Below, piece after piece: positions 1 to 9,764 of a stretch of DNA of 64,000 bases. The notes beneath the pieces were generated by a model, which worked only from the letters and a program-made list of their open reading frames with translations, ran no database searches and was not told the origin of the DNA. Source of the stretch: Desulfuromusa sp. (GTDB lineage: Bacteria; Desulfobacterota; Desulfuromonadia; Desulfuromonadales; Geopsychrobacteraceae); assembly GCA_016744675.1 (NCBI GenBank), contig JADGDX010000008.1, positions 26,821 through 90,820 of the forward strand, in the 5' to 3' direction. Made by a program: the position numbers and the translations under genes. Within the stretch, counting starts at the first letter, position 1; each line of letters begins with the position of its first letter.

Positions 1-1103
1 CCGGCATAATGGATATCAACCGCGTTACCGCCAACGACAAAATCAGCCATACCCTTTACTTCGGCATCAGCAACAATACGAATTTTCAATCCAATCGGCC
101 CAGCAAACCCGGCTGGAGCCCCCGTAACTTTCTTGACGACATCTTCTTCAGCCATCAGCGCCCAATCAACATCCAGAAAGTTAGCCAGCTTAATTTCATT
201 TAAGTCTCGGTCACCACGCAACAAAACAGCAACAACTTCATCATCCGAGGTCTGGACAATTAAAGTCTTTACTAGCTGGTCAGGGCTCAATTTAAGAAAC
301 TCAGCAACCTCTTCGATTGTTTTTTGTGCGGGGGTATCTACTTTTTGCAGTTCCAGCGTCGCTTTTGGTGTTTCCAGATCACGATAGATCAGCTCTGCTT
401 TTTCCACGTTAGCGGCATATTCACAACTATCGCACGAAACAATTCCATCTTCACCTGATTCTGCCAAAACCATAAATTCATGGGAAAAATTGCCGCCAAT
501 AGCGCCACTATCAGCTTCAACAGAGCGGAAATTCAGCCCACAGCGATTAAAGATATTCCGATAGGCCTGATACATTTTGGCGTAAGAGGCATCGGCTCCT
601 GCATCTTCAAGATCAAAAGAGTAGGCATCCTTCATGACAAATTCCCGACCCCGCATCAAGCCAAAACGAGGGCGAATTTCATCACGAAATTTAGTCTGAA
701 TTTGATACAGATTTAGGGGCAGTTGCTTATAAGAATTGACCGTACTTCGAACAATATCAGTAATAACCTCCTCGTGAGTCGGTCCCATGCAAAAGTCAGC
801 AGACTTGCGGTCTTTAAAACGCAGCAGCTCTTTGCCATATTTTTCCCAACGTCCCGACTCCTGCCACAACTCAGCAGGATTTGCCATCGGCATCAAGCAC
901 TCGATAGCTCCTGCGCGATTCATTTCTTCACGAATAATCTGCTCCATCTTACGTAAAGAACGCAAACCAAATGGAAGATAACTATAAATACCGGCAGCGG
1001 CTTTGCGGATCATTCCAGACCGAAGCATCAACTGGTGACTGATAACCTCAGCGTCAGCCGGAGTTTCCTTAAGGGTCGGCAGAAAATATTGGGAGTAACG
1101 CAT
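1..1103 (-). CDS. proS: Prolyl-tRNA synthetase, N-terminal part (3' end lies beyond the window edge)
   Basis: Reverse-strand translation from ATG (complement of 1101-1103) reads [28 protein letters not shown]..., a typical bacterial ProRS N-terminus. The frame is open to position 1. It is absent from the ORF track because it has no stop inside the window. Confidence 0.88.
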   Translation of the reverse strand, partial: MRYSQYFLPTLKETPADAEVISHQLMLRSGMIRKAAAGIYSYLPFGLRSLRKMEQIIREEMNRAGAIECLMPMANPAELWQESGRWEKYGKELLRFKDRKSADFCMGPTHEEVITDIVRSTVNSYKQLPLNLYQIQTKFRDEIRPRFGLMRGREFVMKDAYSFDLEDAGADASYAKMYQAYRNIFNRCGLNFRSVEADSGAIGGNFSHEFMVLAESGEDGIVSCDSCEYAANVEKAELIYRDLETPKATLELQKVDTPAQKTIEEVAEFLKLSPDQLVKTLIVQTSDDEVVAVLLRGDRDLNEIKLANFLDVDWALMAEEDVVKKVTGAPAGFAGPIGLKIRIVADAEVKGMADFVVGGNAVDIHYA

Positions 1104-1415
1104 TTGTTTTTCCTGTTCATTTGAGGAGTTATGGTCCAATTAGGTAAGTGGTAAGAATTAACCCGTATTTTACAGAAAAGCAAGCTCTAGCCGGGGAGAT
1201 ATCATTTAATTCCCTCTAGCCAATCATCATAAACAGGTGCCATGTTCTCCCAATCATAATGTTCAACCATCATCTGTAACTTTTCTTGGTGCAGAGAATC
1301 TATATTCGGGCAAAAAATGTTCTAGGCTTGCGGGCCGCTTAAGCAAGAGAGAAAACAGTGGCAATAGATTGCCTACACTAAGCTGAGTCGGATAAAACCA
1401 TGGCCAGACTTTATT

Positions 1416-2483
1416 CTATTCCAGTTCATCTTGCTCAATCATCCGCCAAGCTTCATCAACCAAGGCATCAGCCAGATCTTGTTGGGGAACTTTCCGTACA
1501 ACTTCACCATGACGAAACAAAATCCCCTGGCCGACTCCTCCAGCTATTCCCAAGTCGGCTTCACGTGCTTCCCCTGGACCATTAACAACACAACCCATTA
1601 CCGCAATCGTCAATGGCTTGGGAAACTCAGCCAACCTTTGCTCAACCTCTTCGGCAACTGCTATCAGTTCAATCTGGCAGCGCCCACACGTTGGGCAACT
1701 AACAAAGATTGGCCCTTTTTCCCGCAGTCGCAAGCTCTTGAGAATTTCCCAACCAACTCTCACCTCTTCGACAGGATCTCCAGTTAACGAAACCCGCAAG
1801 GTATCTCCAATTCCATCATACAGAAGAGAACCCACACCAATAGCACTCTTAATTGTACCGCTCCAAGTCGTCCCCGCTTCAGTAATCCCAATATGAAGGG
1901 GATAGTTGACCTGACCGGCCAGAATGCGGTAGGCCTCAACGGTCCTAGCAATATCAGAAGCCTTCAAGCTGACCTTTATGTTCTGATAGCCCAGGTCTTC
2001 TAGTATCCGGATATGACCTAAAGCACTTTCAACCATCGCTTCAGCCGTCGGGTGACCGTACTTCTGGAGCAACTCACGTTCAAGGGAACCAGCGTTAACT
2101 CCTATCCTGATGGGCACCTGCCTCTCGGCACACGCCTTGACCACCTCCTCCACCTTCCAACGCTCACCAATATTTCCGGGGTTAAGGCGTAAACCATCAA
2201 CCCCATGTTTGATTGAAGTCAAAGCCAGCTGATAATCAAAGTGAATATCTGCGATAAGCGGAATGTTGCAGCCTTGTTTAATCGCGCCCAGTGCTTCAGC
2301 GGCATCCTGATTGGGAACAGCGCAACGAACAATCTCACACTTCACTTCCTGCAATGCCTTAATCTGAGATAACGTTGCCGTGACGTCACAGGTATCGGTG
2401 TTACACATCGATTGAACACTAATTGGCGCATCTCCGCCGATAGTCAAATCACCTAATTGAAGTTGACGGGTTTTATGTCGCAA
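1416..2483 (-). CDS. ispG: 4-hydroxy-3-methylbut-2-en-1-yl diphosphate synthase (flavodoxin)
   Basis: 355 aa. The N-terminus (GGDAPISVQSMCNTDT), the C-terminal CPTCGRC cluster motif and the overall length match IspG/GcpE. Confidence 0.95.
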   Translation of the reverse strand: MRHKTRQLQLGDLTIGGDAPISVQSMCNTDTCDVTATLSQIKALQEVKCEIVRCAVPNQDAAEALGAIKQGCNIPLIADIHFDYQLALTSIKHGVDGLRLNPGNIGERWKVEEVVKACAERQVPIRIGVNAGSLERELLQKYGHPTAEAMVESALGHIRILEDLGYQNIKVSLKASDIARTVEAYRILAGQVNYPLHIGITEAGTTWSGTIKSAIGVGSLLYDGIGDTLRVSLTGDPVEEVRVGWEILKSLRLREKGPIFVSCPTCGRCQIELIAVAEEVEQRLAEFPKPLTIAVMGCVVNGPGEAREADLGIAGGVGQGILFRHGEVVRKVPQQDLADALVDEAWRMIEQDELE

Positions 2484-2768
2484 TGACTGAACTCCTGATT
2501 TGGGTTAACTACATACAACATTATGTGACCAAAGCGTCACTGTGACACAAAGAAAATATCTCCAGAGCCCGCTTGAATAGAAGTGACCTTTATTTCCGAA
2601 TATCGTGAAAAAGGAACCCTTATATACACGATAGATCATTCACGTCGCGCAGTTTATCTAAGTTGCCATCACCAAGCAACCCCGGTTAGAATTGACAGCA
2701 ACGTGAAACTAAGAGTACTCTCCCTGCCCTCAGAACCAACGTGATTCACTATTGAACGGAACATAAGA

Positions 2769-4163
2769 ATGATAAAACCAACAAAAAAGAAATCGGTCAT
2801 GAAAAAGAATCAAGCGGAGACGCTCAAATTAACCATCGACAAGCTGGACAATGATGGTATCGGTCTCGCTGCCCATAATAACAAAACGGCTGTGGTACAG
2901 GGGGCTCTGCCGGGAGAAACCGTTGTTGCTGAAGTTGAGCATACCGGAAGAACGCACATTTTCACCAGTTTGCGACGGGTATTGCGCAATTCCCCACAAA
3001 GAACCGCCAACCTTGCCTGTAAACTTGAACAAAATTGTCTTGGCTGCCCATTAATAAGTATGAAATACGCAAACCAACTACAATTCAAACAACATCGCGT
3101 CGCTGATGCTCTCAAACAGCATGGATTACTCGAGGCGGCAGAAATCCCCTCCGTATTGCCATCCGATCCTCCATTTGGCTACCGAGCCAGCGCCAAGTTA
3201 GCTTTTTCTCGAAACCGAGAAAAGGTTCTCATCGGGCTCTATAAGCGCGGCAGCCATGAGGTTGTTGATTGTCCTGAATGTCCCGTTCATCATCCACTAA
3301 TCAATAAAATCGCAGCAGTTGTTCGCGAAGAAGTTCAGCGTCAGAAGATCTCTGTCTATAACCCCCGCCATCAGCGGGGCTTATTACGCTATTTGCTAAT
3401 TAGAGTCAGTCCTTCCAGCGGTAAAGCCTTAGTGACCTTCGTCAGTAACTTTCGCGATCTGCAGCAACTTCCAAAACTTGGCAAATGGTTGATGCGAAGA
3501 GTCCCGGAAGTCATTGGTGTTCATCAAAACGTGAACAGCTCGACAGGGAATGTCGTTCTGGGAGAAAAAACATTAAAGCTGCACGGGCTCCCCGATTTAA
3601 TCGAACGAATTGGAGATATTCGCCTAAGGATCGCCCCTGAAGCTTTTTTTCAAATCAATACTCTTCAGGCAACCCGGATCTATTCTTTGGTACGTGATTG
3701 GGCCAAACTCTCCAAAAATGACACCGCAATCGATCTCTTCTGTGGGATCGGTGGAATCGCCCTACACCTCGCCAAAGATGCTGGTCAGGTAGAGGGGATT
3801 GAATACATTGATGAGGCAGTGCGCAACGCAAGCGAAAATGCCCGCATGAACGATTTGTACAACTGTCGTTTTTTTGCCGGAGATGCAGCTGAAGAACTAC
3901 ACAAACACTCCGGGCATAAAAACCTCGCCTTGATTTCCGTAAACCCACCACGGAAAGGGTGCTCAGAAGAATTGCTGCAAACATTATGCGAGGTGAATCC
4001 AAGGCAGATTATTTATGTTTCTTGCGATCCAGACAGTCTATGTCGTGATTTGAAATTTTTGACAGAAAATGGTTACAGGATCAAACAGCTGCAACCGGTT
4101 GATATGTTCCCACAGACAGCTCATATTGAAACTGTCGTGCAGTTGGAGAGAAATGAACTTTAG
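2769..4163 (+). CDS. 23S rRNA (uracil-5-)-methyltransferase, RumA/RlmD family
   Basis: 464 aa. N-terminal TRAM-like segment, Cys cluster C-x5-C-x2-C (CKLEQNCLGC), SAM-MTase motifs DLFCGIGG and NPPRKG, and catalytic YVSCDP. Confidence 0.88.
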   Translation: MIKPTKKKSVMKKNQAETLKLTIDKLDNDGIGLAAHNNKTAVVQGALPGETVVAEVEHTGRTHIFTSLRRVLRNSPQRTANLACKLEQNCLGCPLISMKYANQLQFKQHRVADALKQHGLLEAAEIPSVLPSDPPFGYRASAKLAFSRNREKVLIGLYKRGSHEVVDCPECPVHHPLINKIAAVVREEVQRQKISVYNPRHQRGLLRYLLIRVSPSSGKALVTFVSNFRDLQQLPKLGKWLMRRVPEVIGVHQNVNSSTGNVVLGEKTLKLHGLPDLIERIGDIRLRIAPEAFFQINTLQATRIYSLVRDWAKLSKNDTAIDLFCGIGGIALHLAKDAGQVEGIEYIDEAVRNASENARMNDLYNCRFFAGDAAEELHKHSGHKNLALISVNPPRKGCSEELLQTLCEVNPRQIIYVSCDPDSLCRDLKFLTENGYRIKQLQPVDMFPQTAHIETVVQLERNEL

Positions 4164-4221
4164 AAAGGGAACTTAGTCTTAGAATTCTCAACCTGCCGAC
4201 CATCAGTGTGAAAAGTTGAGT

Positions 4222-5130
4222 CTATATGGGTGACGGAACGTCCATAACTTTAAAAATACAACGAGCAAAACTGCGTAACAATGGGTCTTCTTCTCGCCCT
4301 TTTTCAAAAATCACAGTGCGGCAACGCGAATGGGGAAACCCTTTGACATAGTGCCCGACCATCTGACCTGTTTGAAGATACTCACAGACAAGACTTTTAG
4401 ACATAAATGAAATACCACCACCAGAAAGAACTGTTTGACACGTCAAACGCAAGTCATCAGACGTGACAACACCTGCGAAATCATCCAGAGTTTTCCCCTG
4501 CTCATCCAACCCCCTTGAGATCAGTTGACGAGAGCTGCACCCCTCTTTACGAGCAAACAGACATAAATCCAACAGTTTTTCGATATCTAAGTTCGGCGTT
4601 GGCAACTTCAATTCGGGAGAGCTAACAAAAAGCAATTCATCCTGCGGCAACGGGTAACTTGTGAACATACTTAAATCGGCATCAGGACAATGTTCAACAA
4701 CGGCGATATCAAACTCCTTTGTCAAAATACCCTGAAGAGCCTGGTCGGGGCTATGAAGTAAAAACTTCAAATCGGCCGGAGCACCACTTTCAAGCATAAA
4801 GCGATTTAAAACTCCTGGCAGATATACGGTACCAAAAGTCGGCGTACAACACAGGGCAACTCGCTGCCGCTCTTTAATGCGCTTCAATTTCCCGCGTAAT
4901 GATTCCTCTATTCCGATAATTCTCTGTGCACTTTCCAGAACGATCTCTCCGGCTGATGTCAACAACAGAGCAACACCAGAGCGATCAAACAGGGAATAGC
5001 CAAATGCTTCTTCGAGAAACTTAATGCGTTGAGACACTGCAGACTGCGTGAGATGTAAGCTTCGCGCAGCACTGGAAAAGCTGCCCGTATCAACAACTGT
5101 CACTAAAGTTTTAAGGTATCGCGTATCCAT
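4222..5130 (-). CDS. LysR-family transcriptional regulator
   Basis: 302 aa. N-terminal wHTH (FSSAARSLHLTQSAVSQRIKFLE) followed by a LysR substrate-binding region. It is divergent from the cytochrome/barrel pair. Confidence 0.9.
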   Translation of the reverse strand: MDTRYLKTLVTVVDTGSFSSAARSLHLTQSAVSQRIKFLEEAFGYSLFDRSGVALLLTSAGEIVLESAQRIIGIEESLRGKLKRIKERQRVALCCTPTFGTVYLPGVLNRFMLESGAPADLKFLLHSPDQALQGILTKEFDIAVVEHCPDADLSMFTSYPLPQDELLFVSSPELKLPTPNLDIEKLLDLCLFARKEGCSSRQLISRGLDEQGKTLDDFAGVVTSDDLRLTCQTVLSGGGISFMSKSLVCEYLQTGQMVGHYVKGFPHSRCRTVIFEKGREEDPLLRSFARCIFKVMDVPSPI

Positions 5131-5389
5131 TCAATTATCCGTATATTATGAATTAACCCCATTACTTACACTAATATACCTATTAAAATGATTTGCTTCA
5201 ACTGAATTCTCAAGCAAGGTAGTATGCGCATGTAAAAAATTACCATTAACATTTATAAATATTATTTTTATATTATTAATCAGCAAGAAAGGAGGCCTCT
5301 AAACCTGCTGAACAATCATTAAAACGTACCATTGCAACACAACAAACGAGGTAAGTAAGTCAACATTTTGAGTAACCAAAGGAGGTAAC

Positions 5390-6406
5390 ATGTTATTCAA
5401 GTCAACCGGCACTAAAACCGGCAGACTGGTGAGCGTACTTCTCCTGGTAATGTTCTTGGCCGCATGTGCCACGGGCGCGATCAGACAGAAAATGCTTAGC
5501 ATGCCGCAGATTGAAGGTGCCAGCTATGTGGGACAGGACACCTGTCTCGAATGCCATGATGATATGGCGGGCGAAGATTTCGCCACAAGTACAGGCGGTG
5601 AAGGATTTGCCCACACCATTCATGGTCGCTTAGCCGACTTTGAGATGCTGGGTGCAGAAACAGGCTGCGAAACCTGCCACGGACCTGGCAGCCTACACGT
5701 AGACGCTGAGGGAGACCCCGATTCAATTCTCCGACCAGCAGAACTCTCCGCCGAAGAAGTCGGCGCCATCTGTGCTACCTGTCACACCGACGGTGACCTG
5801 ATGGACTGGACTCACAGTGAGCATGCATTAGCTGATCTCAGCTGTACTGACTGCCACAGCATGCACGCTGAAGAACCTCTTAAAGCTAGCCTTAAACAAG
5901 AAGACCCTGAGTTGTGCTACTCCTGTCACCAGGAAATGCAGGCAAAGTCTCACTTCCCATCTCATCACCCCATCAAAGAAGGCAAGATGAGCTGTGGTGA
6001 CTGCCACAACCCACACGGTGAGTTGACGACCCACGAACGCACCAACGATCTGTGCCTCGATTGCCATACGCGCTTCCAGGGTCCATTTATGTTCGGTCAT
6101 GCTCCGGTTGAAGACGACTGTACCATCTGTCACGATCCACATGGTTCCGTTGCTAACAACCTGCTCGCTCAGAATGAGCCGTTCTTGTGTTTGCAGTGCC
6201 ACGAAGGTCACTTTCATATGGTGCGCCAATCCAATTACATTGGTGGTGATGCAAGTACACCGTCGACAGAAGCCAACATAGCCAATCCAAACGGCCATGA
6301 AGGATTCCAGATGTCATACGGTACAAAGTGTACAACTTGTCACAAAGTGGTACACGGAAGTGATTTCCCATCGCAACCGCTCACCGGTGGCGGCTTGACC
6401 CGTTAA
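5390..6406 (+). CDS. Decaheme c-type cytochrome, MtrA/DmsE/PioA-like, with a lipoprotein-type signal peptide
   Basis: 338 aa with ten CXXCH motifs: CLECH, CETCH, CATCH, CTDCH, CYSCH, CGDCH, CLDCH, CTICH, CLQCH, CTTCH. Signal peptide with lipobox LAAC. Strong RBS aaaggagg upstream. Confidence 0.9.
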   Translation: MLFKSTGTKTGRLVSVLLLVMFLAACATGAIRQKMLSMPQIEGASYVGQDTCLECHDDMAGEDFATSTGGEGFAHTIHGRLADFEMLGAETGCETCHGPGSLHVDAEGDPDSILRPAELSAEEVGAICATCHTDGDLMDWTHSEHALADLSCTDCHSMHAEEPLKASLKQEDPELCYSCHQEMQAKSHFPSHHPIKEGKMSCGDCHNPHGELTTHERTNDLCLDCHTRFQGPFMFGHAPVEDDCTICHDPHGSVANNLLAQNEPFLCLQCHEGHFHMVRQSNYIGGDASTPSTEANIANPNGHEGFQMSYGTKCTTCHKVVHGSDFPSQPLTGGGLTR

Positions 6407-6422
6407 CTTGAGGAGGCTAAAA

Positions 6423-8879
6423 ATGAAGCAACGCCATATATGGCTGCTTGCATTACTGTCCATCCTGACTTTGATGACGACCACCACCATGGCAATAGCT
6501 GGAGAAGCAATGACCAGCGGCCATGTGGAACTCGGCATCTCGAGTATGGATATCGATGACAGTCCTGCACGCGTCAACGAATATGTAAAAACAACAGATG
6601 ATGACGATAACCCCATAAACCCAGCCATCAATCTTGGCTTGGAATATACTGAAGCGGGAATCGCTGCAGAAGTTGAAGCTGATGTCAAAGGTGAAGATAA
6701 TTACGATTTTAACCTTGAAACAGACATCAACAGAGTTTTTCGATTTGGTCTCGGATATCAGTCCTTCCAACACTTAAAGGACCATGAAACGCTGAGTCAA
6801 ATGGGTGCAACCGCACGTGATGATATTGCTGTTTCACAACCCAACGTTACCACTGACCAAATCTACGCCGATCTCATTGAATCAACAGGCAACGATTTTG
6901 TTTCTGTTGGTGGTGCCAGTCTATCAGCTTCACCTGGGGTTGATGGAGTTTGGAACACTGCAGACGATGTCCTGGCTTATGATCCAGCAGCAGCCTGGGC
7001 TGAAGAAGTCAGTAACGACTATATGGTCACCCGTCGTGAGCTCAAAAGTGAAGTCGACCTAGCTTTACCTGTACTGCCAAACATTGTCTTCCATGCGGGT
7101 TTGCGCATTGAGACACGTGAAGGTATGGAACAAGCCATCGGCCTGTCCAAGTGTGGCGGTTGTCACGTCAGTGCGAAAGGCAAGGAAATTGATGAGCGCA
7201 CCGAGGAGTTCACCATTGGCGCAACGGGTAAATTTGGTATTGTTACTTTCGACTATGAGTATTTAACTCGTGACTTTGAAGAACAAGCTGATGCTCCAAC
7301 ACGCTTCTACCTCAGACCAGCACCTGATGCTGGTGGTTTAGTCAAAGCAAGTAGCCTTTTGTATGACACTGGCGATTACGAGTTTGCAAAGACACCTGAC
7401 TCAGAAAAAGACTCACACGTGCTTCAAGCTCGTGTTGACTTGCCAAACAACACCATCATTTCTGCCAGCTACGTAAATGCTGATGTCGAAAGTGCTAAAA
7501 CTGATGAGCCAAGCGATTTCGATCTGGATGGCGACTCTCTTTCCAGTGAATACAACGGCTTTAATGGTAAAGTTGCAACTATTTTTGGCCCTGTTCGTTT
7601 GTCGGTTCGTGGTGGGTACTATGAGATTGAAGGTCCGGAGTATACTATCACTTATGAGAAGCGTGATGATGCGCCTACAGCTGGTGGTCGTCCCCAAACT
7701 CACGACATGAGCAACGACCAAGATTATATCTCGGCTGAATCACGCGAAGTCACTGATTTTGGTATTGATGCTGTCTACCGTTTGGCCAAAGCAACCACAC
7801 TCCGTCTCGGGTACGAATTTGAGGAGATTGAGCGTGAGCACGAAGAACTTGGTGAAACCGAGACTCATACAATCAAAGCTGCTGTTAAGACTCGTATTAA
7901 CAAAGACCTATCAGGTCGCATCAGCTATGAGTTTCAAGACATCGATGATCCTTTTGTTGCCCACAATGCTACCGGTATCGCTCAGGGAGAATTCCAAGAT
8001 GGAACTCTCGTAGGTGGATATGATCCAGTTTCAGGCCTCGCTTGGCTGGATACAGCTCAGTTTAATAATAGTGGTGCAGAAGCTACACCCGGTAACGATA
8101 ACTGGGTTTACTACTGGAACTCTGTTTACCCATCACGCGGGCTTGATGCAACCAATCAACCCGATGCTGTCCATGAAGTCAAACTAAGCTCAACTTGGAC
8201 ACCACGGGCTGACATGGCACTAACTTTCTTTATGCGCACTCGCTATGAAGAAAATGATGAAGTCAATTATGAGCAAACAACGTTCGTTCCGGGCATCAGC
8301 TTCTGGCATGCACCAAACGAAAAACTCAACTTGACAATGTCTTACACATTCAACAATCAAGACACAGAAAACCGCGCCTGCGTCGGCTGGTACCATGGCT
8401 GAGCGAACGCCGTTGCGTCGACCCAGTTTGGGTCGATCTGTAAGACCGTTGAATATGAATCAGACGTTCACACACTTGCTTTAAACGCAGATTTTCAGGC
8501 GACTGAAAAGCTCCTCTTAAATGCTGGTTTCACTTACAGCAAAGCTGATGATAGTTGGGATTGGGAATTCACCTCAAGATCTGCTGTATTAGCTTTAAAT
8601 TCTGGGAATCCATTAGCTGACAACTCTGGTGCGACTCCAGGAATGTATTCTGCCCAGAATTATGATAATTGGCAGTTAAATAATGAGATTTCTGGCTATT
8701 CAGATCTCTCCTACGAGCAGTATCAATTTACTGCTGGTGCAACCTACAACTTCACTGATACATTTTACACCAACGTATCAGGCACCTACGATATCTTCGA
8801 CATGGGTGAAGAATATGTTTATGATGATGAAGATGGCACTGCTTACTACGGTTACGTAGGGTTCGGTTGGAATTTCTAA
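6423..8879 (+). CDS. MtrB/PioB-type outer-membrane beta-barrel protein with one in-frame TGA at 8400-8402 (candidate selenocysteine or readthrough; otherwise a nonsense pseudogene)
   Basis: ATG at 6423 follows RBS gaggagg, and there is a signal peptide. The protein is long, Asp/Thr/Tyr-rich and has alternating-strand character. ORFs 6408-8402 and 8643-8879 lie in the same frame with only the TGA between them. The C-terminus YVGFGWNF is an OMP-type terminal-Phe signature. The gene sits immediately downstream of the decaheme cytochrome, as in mtrAB/pioAB. Confidence 0.65.
8417..8437 (+). promoter_or_regulatory. SECIS-like hairpin downstream of the in-frame UGA
   Basis: tcgaccca (8418-8425) pairs perfectly with tgggtcga (8429-8436), with loop gtt. 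The G-U of the loop sits at +27/+28 counted from the U of UGA, and the spacer from the UGA is 15 nt. Confidence 0.5.
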
Positions 8880-8911
8880 TTCTCAACTAAACTTTTGACA
8901 TGATTTACTTT

Positions 8912-8941
8912 AGCCCGGCTGGAAACAGCCGGGCTTTTTTT
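8912..8941 (+). terminator. Rho-independent terminator after the barrel gene
   Basis: agcccggctg-gaaa-cagccgggct stem followed by a T8 run. Confidence 0.85.
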
Positions 8942-9064
8942 ATTCAAACCGAATATGGCCACCAGTACCAAGAAAGGCAAAACGAAAAGTTTAACGAAGA
9001 GATGCGGTCAGGTAGGATGCAGTTCATTGCACTCACCACATCCTACCTAATATTTTCTTGCACA

Positions 9065-9103
9065 TTGACCGAAACAACAATCCGGACTATTATAGGAATA
9101 ATA
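9065..9103 (+). promoter_or_regulatory. Sigma70-like promoter with an overlapping palindromic operator for the toxin-antitoxin operon
   Basis: TTGACC (9065-9070), a 17-nt spacer, then TATTAT (9088-9093). The inverted repeat TATTAT-agga-ATAATA (9088-9103) overlaps the -10 element. Confidence 0.55.
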
Positions 9104-9126
9104 ACTCACATAACATGGAGATAATT

Positions 9127-9396
9127 ATGCAGATTGAAAATTACCTGTCCGCAACAGCACTGTCAAAAAAAACTGCTGCAACCCTTGACAGCCTTGAAAA
9201 AAGTGACTCAGGTGAAATTATTATTCTCAAAAATAATACCCCAAAAGCAATTCTGTTATCCATAGATGCATACACTGCAATGCAAGAGGAAATAGAGGAC
9301 TTACGGCTGGCTGCTCTTGGCTTAGCCCGATTATCTACGTTTGCAACAAACGAAGCAATTTCACACCAAGAGATGATGAAAAAGTTTGAGGCATGA
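9127..9396 (+). CDS. Type II antitoxin, Phd/YefM family
   Basis: 89 aa from the ATG preceded by ggag. The pattern ...IILKNNTPKAILLSIDAYTAMQEEIEDL is typical of Phd/YefM. It overlaps the toxin gene by 4 nt. Confidence 0.8.
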   Translation: MQIENYLSATALSKKTAATLDSLEKSDSGEIIILKNNTPKAILLSIDAYTAMQEEIEDLRLAALGLARLSTFATNEAISHQEMMKKFEA

Positions 9397-9677
9397 AATG
9401 GGTCATTACGTACCACAAGGATGTGGAGAAGGATCTTAAGAGTATTGGAGCTTTTGCGGCAAAGCGCATCTTGCAAGCCATTGATACAAAACTAACGCAG
9501 GCTCCACTTGAGTTTGGCTCACCATTGGCACGAAATCTAGCACCGCTGCGTAAACTTAGAGTCGGTGACTATCGCGTTGTATATCAAGTGACCAATCACC
9601 AAGTACTGGTTTATGTTCTAGCTGTTGGCCCACGCAGAGATAAAGAAATTTATTCAGTTGCAAGAAAGCGTCTATAG
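9393..9677 (+). CDS. Type II toxin, RelE/ParE family mRNA interferase
   Basis: 94 aa. The motif LRVGDYRVVYQV...VLVYVLAVGPRRD is a RelE/StbE-like signature. ATGA overlap with the antitoxin gene. Confidence 0.82.
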   Translation: MKWVITYHKDVEKDLKSIGAFAAKRILQAIDTKLTQAPLEFGSPLARNLAPLRKLRVGDYRVVYQVTNHQVLVYVLAVGPRRDKEIYSVARKRL

Positions 9678-9729
9678 TCTATTCTGTAATTGAACAAGCG
9701 GCGGATTAAAAATAATGTAAAAAAATAAC

Positions 9730-9751
9730 GGGCGGGCACAGGGGCCCGCCC
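9730..9751 (-). terminator. Intrinsic terminator between convergent relE-like and octaheme cytochrome genes
   Basis: gggcgggc-acaggg-gcccgccc hairpin. An A-run on the plus side gives a T-run after the hairpin on the minus strand. Confidence 0.7.
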
Positions 9752-9764
9752 CTACATCTACGTA

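Noticed and set aside
1195-1310. Short minus-strand open stretch (...EHYDWENMAPVYDDWLEGIK-stop) between proS and ispG that looks vaguely like a protein C-terminus
   Set aside because: Only about 35 codons are open, with no start or RBS context I can defend. It is possibly a gene remnant, but that is not supportable from the sequence alone.
5240-5285. AT-rich stretch with attaa...ttaat ends in the LysR/cytochrome spacer as a LysR T-N11-A box
   Set aside because: The sequence is so AT-rich that T-N11-A patterns occur by chance, so I cannot define a specific operator.
8643-8879. Track ORF that could be read as an independent 78-aa gene
   Set aside because: It has no RBS and sits in the same frame as the barrel gene, with open frame all the way back to the TGA at 8400. 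It carries the barrel's C-terminal strands, so I treat it as the C-terminus of the barrel protein.
8900-9124. 74-aa plus-strand ORF
   Set aside because: It starts inside the terminator hairpin of the barrel gene and runs through the TA promoter. It has no RBS and low-complexity translation.
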